The position numbers and the translations under genes are program-made. A model generated the notes under the pieces. It saw only the letters and a list, made by a program, of their open reading frames with translations. It had not been told where the DNA came from and ran no database searches. Of a DNA stretch of 8,359 nt, positions 1-6,550 are shown in pieces. The stretch is taken from positions 1-8,359 of the forward strand of contig JAWQFM010000038.1 in the NCBI GenBank assembly GCA_033442325.1. Direction: 5' to 3'. How positions within the stretch are numbered: the first letter of the stretch is position 1; every line of letters begins with the position of its first letter. Source of the stretch: Salpingoeca rosetta (taxonomy: Eukaryota; Protista; Choanoflagellata).

Positions 1-1
1 T

Positions 2-33
2 ATGACTCAGCAGACAGGACTTGCCTGTCAACA
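2..33 (-). repeat. Start of a second LTR of the same copia family (5' LTR of another copy, or a solo LTR), truncated by the window edge
   Basis: 2-33 is identical to 764-795 (ATGACTCAGCAGACAGGACTTGCCTGTCAACA). Identity stops exactly at the LTR terminus, and no GGGGGAG PPT precedes this copy. Confidence 0.82.
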
Positions 34-42
34 TTCTGCGCC

Positions 43-190
43 TTACCTGCGCAATATCGTCCCGGACGACCTGAGGCGAAAAGCAAGCATGGCATTGTGT
101 ACCTTCTTCTCGAAGTCCTCTGCGACACTGTAGTGTTGCCGGAGGTGCTGCATGATGTCGGTGTAGGTGTAATGGTCGACAAACGATGAA
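43..190 (-). pseudogene. Short coding-like fragment, possibly Ty3/gypsy Gag capsid
   Basis: C/G-ending codons across FVDHYTYTDIMQHLRQHYSVAEDFEKKVHNAMLAFRL. The pattern resembles retrotransposon Gag TWxxLxxxLxxxF...xxxAxxxLxxLxQ, judged by eye only. Confidence 0.35.
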
Positions 191-362
191 TGAACAGTGT
201 TGGAATGTGAACACAGAGGGAAGCCCGGAACCACTGGTCAGGCACAAGGAACACGTTCGGGCGTGCAGAGCAAGTAGGTCACGTAGAGAGACATGTTCAA
301 ACATACACGTGGGCGTGCTTGGACATGCCCGCTATTGGGAAGGTAACGACAAATTGAAAGAA

Positions 363-376
363 TCCTCCCCCTCTTC
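363..376 (-). other. Polypurine tract of the chromovirus remnant
   Basis: 14 consecutive purines GAAGAGGGGGAGGA on the minus strand directly after the chromodomain, where a chromovirus PPT is expected. Confidence 0.62.
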
Positions 377-515
377 AAATCCATGTGTCATGTGCAACTG
401 AGAAACCACGCCAGCGAACGCGATACTCCGTGCGTCCGTTTCGGCGGCGTACATTCACCAACTTGTTCACGAGGTAAGTTGGTTGTCCTGCTTCGTCCAT
501 CAAACGGGGGTTCAT
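375..515 (-). pseudogene. Truncated chromodomain, probably the integrase C-terminus of a Ty3/gypsy chromovirus remnant
   Basis: PRLMDEAGQPTYLVNKLVNVRRRNGRTEYRVRWRGFSVAHDTW fits the chromodomain consensus YxVExI...R...EYLVKWKGY....TW. It stops before the C-terminal helix and is followed at once by a PPT-like tract. Confidence 0.82.
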
Positions 516-592
516 GTGGTGTCGCCAACAGAAAAGAAACAGAGCAGAAGACAAGAATTGTCCACAACGCAAAGTGGTGACGTGGCAGTGTT

Positions 593-795
593 TGTTGAGA
601 GTTGTGTGGTTATGTGGTGTGTTATGCAAGAGCATGTAACATCGAGCAACCACACAAACTAAACACTGCACGTGCAACAGGTTGGAGGGAAATCACGTGA
701 ACATTCCAGAACACAAGAGAGGTGAGTGCAAATTTGTGGTGTCGTGAAGAAGGGAGGTCAATGATGACTCAGCAGACAGGACTTGCCTGTCAACA
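593..795 (-). repeat. 3' LTR of the copia element (~203 bp)
   Basis: The start at 795 is fixed by the PPT and by the identical 32-bp copy at 2-33 ending at the same base. The end at 593 is inferred from the 6-bp terminal inverted repeat TGTTGA...TCAACA. It cannot be confirmed because the 5' LTR is not visible. Confidence 0.72.
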
Positions 796-804
796 CTCCC
801 CCGC
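796..804 (-). other. Polypurine tract of the copia element
   Basis: Minus-strand GCGGGGGAG directly abutting TGTTGAC, the typical copia PPT/LTR junction. Confidence 0.88.
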
Positions 805-842
805 ATTGACCTACCTCTCTGCTGCGTTGATGTTCTGAAACG

Positions 843-862
843 TGATGATGATGATGATGATG
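843..862. repeat. (TGA)6 microsatellite in the element's 3' non-coding region
   Basis: TGATGATGATGATGATGATG. Confidence 0.9.
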
Positions 863-917
863 TCATGCATGTAGGAATGGCATGGGCAGATGTAGGTGAG
901 ATGTGAGTAAGGACGTG

Positions 918-1015
918 TGTTGTGGAACACGTTTAAGAAAATGGTTGGTGCCTGTGGTGCGCAGCCTGTTGTGGAAGGCTGGCCCGAGTGAAGGCGTGTC
1001 CTGTGGTGCGCGGCC
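918..1015. repeat. Two 49-bp tandem units with conserved ends and unrelated 23-bp cores
   Basis: TGTTGTGGAA at 918 and 967, and CCTGTGGTGCGC(A/G)GCC at 951 and 1000. Both offsets are exactly 49. Confidence 0.6.
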
Positions 1016-1119
1016 GCTCAGAGGTCCTTAATAAAGGTGGTGCAAGACTTACGTGATTTTCCTCTTGTTGGTTGGTTGTTCAATGTGGTGGCAACGGATC
1101 AAGCAGAGCAGTAATCAAC

Positions 1120-1141
1120 GTGTGTGTGTGTGTGTGTGTGT
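1120..1141. repeat. (GT)11 microsatellite
   Basis: Direct reading of the sequence. Confidence 0.95.
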
Positions 1142-1380
1142 CCTCGACTTGAGACAGATGCGGAACAAGAGAAACTGAACGGTAGGCACGGCAAGCTCTA
1201 AGATACAGACATCCATCTCCTAAGAGCAGGTAAGCATAGTCATCGATGGGTAGGACTGAGAGATTAGGAGCAGGTGTAACAGTGGAGTCCTCTATTTCCC
1301 ATGACGACTGACAGAGGTGGTGGTCCTCTAACAGTGGCAATTCTCGTGCATTCACAGTGTGCACTCTGAGTCATCTTCTA

Positions 1381-4300
1381 TCAGTCCTGACGCGGAGTCG
1401 AAGGACGTGGCGACCGGCCCGAATGAGGACGGGCCCGTGGCTGGCAGCCTGGCAGAGGACGCTGGTCGAACAGCATCGTGCAGAACTGAGCCGTCTTGGG
1501 CCGAGGGAGGATCTTCGTGAGGAGATCTGCGATCATGTGCTCCGTGGCGAGGTAGCTCAGCACAATCCTCTTGGTGTCGACGCACTCGCGGATGTAGTGG
1601 TACTTGACGAGGATGTGCCGCATGCGCGAGGCGGCGTGTTCGGCAACGCGCTGCGCCGGCTGGTTGTCCGTGTGCACGAGCGTGGGCTCGCACAGGACGG
1701 CGCCGGTGAGCTCCTCCTGGAGTTGGCGAAGGAACATGAGTTCCTGTGCGGTGGCTGCGAGAGCCATGTACTCCGCGTCGGCGGAGGCTGTGGCACGGGT
1801 GGCCCTGCAGTTTGGAGTTCCAGGACACGNNNNNNNNNNNNNNNNNNNNNNNNNNNNNNNNNNNNNNNNNNNNNNNNNNNNNNNNNNNNNNNNNNNNNNN
1901 NNNNNNNNNNNNNNNNNNNNNNNNNNNNNNNNNNNNNNNNNNNNNNNNNNNNNNNNNNNNNNNNNNNNNNNNNNNNNNNNNNNNNNNNNNNNNNNNNNNN
2001 NNNNNNNNNNNNNNNNNNNNNNNNNNNNNNNNNNNNNNNNNNNNNNNNNNNNNNNNNNNNNNNNNNNNNNNNNNNNNNNNNNNNNNNNNNNNNNNNNNNN
2101 NNNNNNNNNNNNNNNNNNNNNNNNNNNNNNNNNNNNNNNNNNNNNNNNNNNNNNNNNNNNNNNNNNNNNNNNNNNNNNNNNNNNNNNNNNNNNNNNNNNN
2201 NNNNNNNNNNNNNNNNNNNNNNNNNNNNNNNNNNNNNNNNNNNNNNNNNNNNNNNNNNNNNNNNNNNNNNNNNNNNNNNNNNCTGGCCTTGCGGTCGTGC
2301 TGCACCTTGATGCCGAGACAAATGTCTGGGCTGCCCAGGTCCTTCATCTTGAAGCGCTTGGAGATGGCCTTCTTGAACGCGGCCATGTCGCTGTCGCTGT
2401 CGGCGAAGATGAGCAGGTCGTCCACGTAGACGGCAACCCACATCACCTTGCCACCCTTGCAGGTGCGGCGGTAGATGCAGGCGTCCGTGGCTGTGGCGAC
2501 GAAGTCCTGCTCGCGCATCCAGGCGTCCAGCGTGTGGTTCCACAGGCGCGGGCTCTGCTTCAGCCCATACAGCCCGCGCTTGAGGCGCAGGACCGTATTC
2601 GGCGAGAAGATGCCGTCGACGGCCGGTGGCTGGACGTAGATCTCGTGATCCACGGGCGCGTTGAGGAACGCCGTGTTGACGTCCATCTGCTGGACGTTCA
2701 TGCCACGAGCGACGGCCATGGCGAGCATGGTGCGGATGGCTGCGATGGTAGCCGTCGGGGCAAAGGTGTCCGTGTAGTTGACACCGTGGACCTGGGAGTA
2801 GCCTTTGGCAACCCAGCGCGCCTTGTACTTGATCACCTTGCCCTGGTCATCGCGCTTCCTCCGAAAGATGACCATGCTGCGGAGCAGCTTGTGGCCCTTG
2901 GGAAGGTCAGCGCGAGGCACGACGTCGTAGACGTCATTGGCCTGCATTGCCGCAAACTCGTCCAGGATGGCTTGGCGCCACTCCTCAGAGTCTGGCGAGG
3001 CAAGCGCCTCCTTGACGGTGGCTGGCTCAGCTGACGTGGCAACACTGCCAGCAGCGATGTCTGGTAGATGACCACCCACTGCTGATGACTTCTCCCCCGT
3101 ACCAGCAGCGCTGGTGGCAACGTGACACGTGGTGGTTGAGCCACCAGGGGTGTCCTTGTCACCGAGGGTCTCGGACAACAGCAGCTGGTCCCAGACGGAG
3201 CCGCCAAGGGCGCGTGGCTGGAGCTGCGGCTCCCCCGCACGTGGTGCAGTGGGAGCGCCGGTGGCACTGTCCTCGGTTGAACGCTGAGCGGTCTTGTTGG
3301 CATGCGAAGCAGAGGCACCGCTGTCGTCCTGCTCTTGCTGCTGCTGAGAGGAGGCGACGTCCTTGTTCTTGATGGCGCCGAAGCGAGCGTGGATGGTGTG
3401 GACAACGCGTCGCGTGTCCGGCATCCAGACGACGTGGGCCTGGTCCTCCTCAGCGAAGCCGACGTAGACGCCAACGCGTGAGCGTGGGTCAAGCTTGTGC
3501 CGCGTGCTGCTCTTCTCCACATGCACGTAGGCCGGCGAACCGAAGACGCGCAACAGGCTGACGTCGAAGGCGTGCCCAGTCAGGGCCTCGAACGGTGACT
3601 TGTCCTTGAGGCTCCTGCGCGGCGCGATGTTGTGCAGCAGCGTGGCGTGCTGCACGGCGAAGCCCCAGAACGGCTTGTCCAGGTCCGCAGCAAACAGCAT
3701 CGTACGCGCCGTCTCGAAGAGGGTGCGGAAAGTGCGCTCTGCGGATCCGTTCTTGGCCTGCGAGTGCGGTGGCGAGAAGCGCTGCTTGATGTCGAAGGCC
3801 AGGCACAGGTCGGTGAAGTCCTGACTCTTGAAGACGGCGTCGCTGTCCGTCTGCAGCGTGGCGCCTCGGAGCGCGTTGACGACGTGGCGGTCCTTGCGCA
3901 GCTGCTCCAGGGCCGCACCGACGTCGCTCTTGTGCCGGATGAGAAACGTCCAGGCAAAGCGCGTGCAGTCGTCGATGAAGGTCAGCGCGTAGCGTGCACC
4001 TCGCAGCGACGTCTCCTCCAGCGGACCGGCGATGTCGGCGTAGAGCAGCTGGCATGGCCCAGCGCTGCGTGGAGCAGACTGCTTCGGGATGGAGGCGCGC
4101 GTGCTCTTGCCAAGCGCACATGGTCCACAGGTGACGATGTGCTTGGAAGAGGCCTGGGCAATCTGCTGTCGGATGGCGTCGACGGCCGCGCTGCTGCGAT
4201 GGCCTAGCACGTCGTGTGCAGAGGCGCCCTCGTCAGCATCCTCGGCTTCCCCATCGCTGCTGTGCACGAGCTCCCCCGCAAGCGCCGTGGCTTGTTGGGA

Positions 4301-5968
4301 GGTCGTGGTGCTGGCGTAGAGGAAGAGATGGCCGGTGTCCTTGGACGGCAGCAGAGGCACGCTCCATGTGGCAAACTGGATGCGGCTGTCGTCCGCAGCA
4401 ATGACGACGGAAGCACCACGACGCGCGCGAGTCACCAGGTTCAGCGCCAGAAGGTTGTACTTGATGTCGGGGACATGCAGCACGTTCTTCAGCGTGATGG
4501 TACCTGGAGCGCCGTCTGTGCCAGTCACGCGGAGCACGGCGTCGCCCTTGCCGATGACCGTGACGGCCTGGCTGTTGGCAACGGTGACGTGCTGCGTGAC
4601 GGCGACGTAGTTGGTGAGGAGGGAGGCGTCGCTGGTGATGTGCGCCGTGGCACCGCTGTCAGCGAGCCACAGCTGTGGTGGCACTGGTCCGATGGCGTGG
4701 CCCTCCTCCTCGCCCTCGGGCTGCAGCATGAGGGCATCGTGGTGGATGGCGAAGGTCTCCACGCGCTGAGGGCCGTGGCTGACGACGGCCGCCTTCTTGA
4801 ATGGAGCTGCTCGTCCGTGCTGCGGGCGAGAGGATCCTGGCCGCTTGCCGTTGCCGTTGCCGTGGTTGCGAAGCGTAGCCAGGATCTGCCGCACGTCGAT
4901 GACGTGGTAGCGCTTGGCCGCCTGCAGCTTGCGGCACTGCTGCGCGCAGTGGCCGCGGAAGTTGCAGAACGCGCAAGTCACGCGCTCTGCAGGTGGACAG
5001 CATGGTCCACCGCTCGTGTCGGAGGGCGACGTGCCAGCGTGCATCGGCGATGCAGCGAAGGAGCCGGGGCTTGGCCCGCCGATGGCGAGCACGGGCGTGC
5101 GCTTCTTGGGACGATGCAGGCGGCGCTCCTCCTGGATGAGGTCCGCCGTCATCTTGGACAGCGATGGCGGCGGGTCCTCGCGCTCCATGAACCGCATCGC
5201 CACATCAAACTCTGCGGGGAGTTCGTTGCGGACGAGGGTGCGCAGGTCGTCCTCCGGGATGGACACGCCGGCAGCGAGGAGCTGCGAGTTGATGTCCGTG
5301 ATGCGGGACATGAACGTGTCAACGGTGTCCGTGGGCAACCAGGTGGTCGAGGAGAGCTGCTGCCTGAGACGACTGACGTGGTCCTTGCCGCTGCGGATGT
5401 AGCGCTCGCGGAGGCGGCGCAGCGCAAGCACACCGGAGCGGCCACGGTTGTCGGTGATGGCCAGCCGCAGCGGGTGTCCCGTCAGGACGCCAAGGAGGAA
5501 CGCGAAGATGGCTGCGTCAACCTGTGGATCACGGGGATCCAGCAGGCCAGAGGCTCGGGACGCCACCTGCGCTCCTCCGCTCGGAGTGGCGGAAGAAGGG
5601 AGAGAGGAAGAGGAGGAAGATGGCTGAGCGCCGTGGTCGTCGCCATCGCCCTCGTCGTCGTCGTCATCATGGTCCTCCACGTCGTGGCGGGCGCCAGTGC
5701 GGCGCGGGCCGCGTTGAGCGCGGGAGCGAGTGCGGGGACCCGAAGCACCGTGGGTGCTTGGGCTCGGCGATGAGGCAGCTGCTGGAGCCTGCCCGTCTCC
5801 TTGGTGGTCAGCACCACCCTCGGCGATGATGCCAGCGTCGATGCCAGCGGCGATGAGCTTGGCCTCGACGGTGATGAAGAAGAGGTTGGCATCCTGCTCA
5901 GCGCCAGCGAAGACCTTGATGCCGTCTGCGCTAATTGAGGTGGGTCTCATAATCTGTTGTAAGTTCAT
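1381..5968 (-). CDS. gag-pol: Copia Gag-Pol polyprotein (~1530 aa if the gap size is right; interrupted by the N gap at 1830-2282 and a +1 frameshift at ~1803-1805)
   Basis: The ATG at 5968 is in an ACCACCATG context (MNLQQIMRP...). The frame is open to the gap with motifs CAFCNFRGHCAQQC, WLADSGATAH, HDVLGH..CGPC, D..D35E, YKARWVAKG, MDVNTAFLN, LYGLKQSPRLW and YVDD. After the gap come VSWNSKLQ, AEYMAL, TDNQPA and ADLLTK, ending in TGA TAG. The ORF-track start at 6649 is an artefact of reading through Ns. Confidence 0.93.
1466..1829 (-). other. Ty1/copia RNase H domain (first catalytic Asp lies in the gap)
   Basis: VSWNSKLQ / ATASADAEYMAL, HTDNQPA, HILVKYHYIRE, HMIADLLTK. Confidence 0.93.
1830..2282. 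other. Assembly gap (453 N) covering the RT C-terminus and RNase H N-terminus
   Basis: N run. Its ~151 codons are about the length normally found between these copia motifs. Confidence 0.97.
2283..3028 (-). other. Reverse transcriptase (RVT_2-type), C-terminal part lost in the gap
   Basis: EPATVKEAL..W..AI..E, YKARWVAKGYSQ, TFAPT, QMDVNTAFLN, LYGLKQSPRLW, YVDDLLI (YVDD at 2417-2428), FKMKDLG. Confidence 0.97.
3380..4216 (-). other. Integrase (HHCC zinc finger, DDE core, SH3-like C-terminal region)
   Basis: H-x4-H-x23-C-x2-C. Catalytic D at 4034-4036 (YADIAGP), D at 3845-3847 (LQTD) and E at 3737-3739 (NGSAER) with exact D35E spacing. LRVFGSPAYVHV...KLDPRS...YVGF follows. Confidence 0.95.
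4440..4669 (-). other. Aspartic protease domain
   Basis: WLADSGATAHI (catalytic DSG at 4652-4660), then VTVAN...VIGKG...LKNVLHVPDIKYNLL. Confidence 0.93.
4934..4975 (-). other. Gag nucleocapsid zinc knuckle CX2CX4HX4C
   Basis: CAFCNFRGHCAQQC. Confidence 0.95.
5120..5518 (-). other. Copia Gag capsid-like core (UBN2/Retrotran_gag_2-like)
   Basis: LALRRLRERY...RLRQQL...DTVDTFMSRITDINSQLLAAGVSIPEDDL...LPAEF...LIQEERR matches the copia Gag pattern. Confidence 0.85.
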
Positions 5969-5993
5969 GGTGGTGGTGCTGTTGTTGGAGACT

Positions 5994-6024
5994 TGTGTGT
6001 GTGTGTTGTGTGTGTGTGTGTGTG
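5994..6024. repeat. Imperfect (TG)n microsatellite in the 5' leader, running into the gap
   Basis: TGTGTGTGTGTGTTGTGTGTGTGTGTGTGTG followed by N. Confidence 0.92.
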
Positions 6025-6550
6025 NNNNNNNNNNNNNNNNNNNNNNNNNNNNNNNNNNNNNNNNNNNNNNNNNNNNNNNNNNNNNNNNNNNNNNNNNNNN
6101 NNNNNNNNNNNNNNNNNNNNNNNNNNNNNNNNNNNNNNNNNNNNNNNNNNNNNNNNNNNNNNNNNNNNNNNNNNNNNNNNNNNNNNNNNNNNNNNNNNNN
6201 NNNNNNNNNNNNNNNNNNNNNNNNNNNNNNNNNNNNNNNNNNNNNNNNNNNNNNNNNNNNNNNNNNNNNNNNNNNNNNNNNNNNNNNNNNNNNNNNNNNN
6301 NNNNNNNNNNNNNNNNNNNNNNNNNNNNNNNNNNNNNNNNNNNNNNNNNNNNNNNNNNNNNNNNNNNNNNNNNNNNNNNNNNNNNNNNNNNNNNNNNNNN
6401 NNNNNNNNNNNNNNNNNNNNNNNNNNNNNNNNNNNNNNNNNNNNNNNNNNNNNNNNNNNNNNNNNNNNNNNNNNNNNNNNNNNNNNNNNNNNNNNNNNNN
6501 NNNNNNNNNNNNNNNNNNNNNNNNNNNNNNNNNNNNNNNNNNNNNNNNNN
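6025..6550. other. Assembly gap (526 N), probably containing the PBS and 5' LTR
   Basis: N run. No LTR-matching sequence is seen in 6551-8359. Confidence 0.9.

Larger units (their letters stand above)
593..6024 (-). mobile_element. Ty1/copia (Pseudoviridae) LTR retrotransposon, near full length; 5' end probably hidden in the 6025-6550 gap
   Basis: Single polyprotein in the copia-diagnostic order PR-IN-RT-RH. PPT GCGGGGGAG is immediately followed by TGTTG on the minus strand. No LTR copy is visible to the right of the gap, so the 5' LTR and PBS are inferred to lie inside it. Confidence 0.96.

Noticed and set aside
375-515. Chromodomain as part of the copia polyprotein
   Set aside because: It lies outside the element, beyond the pol stop, PPT and 3' LTR, and has its own PPT.
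34-795. A single 762-bp LTR repeated in tandem
   Set aside because: It would not end in CA on the minus strand, it contains chromovirus coding remnants, and it would not fit in the 526-N gap as a 5' LTR.
918-1015. CRISPR array call for the repeat-spacer pattern
   Set aside because: Eukaryotic retrotransposon context, only one complete repeat plus two halves, and no cas genes.
1030-1035. AATAAA poly(A) signal
   Set aside because: On the strand antisense to the element, and a single hexamer is expected by chance.
1080-1364. env-like gene call
   Set aside because: Short, non-ATG start, includes a (CA)n-encoded HTHT run, and has no clear transmembrane or signal segment.
1352-1802. C-terminal tail of the 1765-aa ORF (GHPCHSLRRR...DDSECTL)
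   Set aside because: Wrong frame after the +1 shift. The RNase H motifs are in the 1381..1767 frame.
4214-5773. 519-aa plus-strand ORF, and similar ones at 1604-3034, 3632-4207 and 4914-5402
   Set aside because: Antisense shadow frames of the GC3-rich gag-pol, some also spanning Ns. No recognisable domains.
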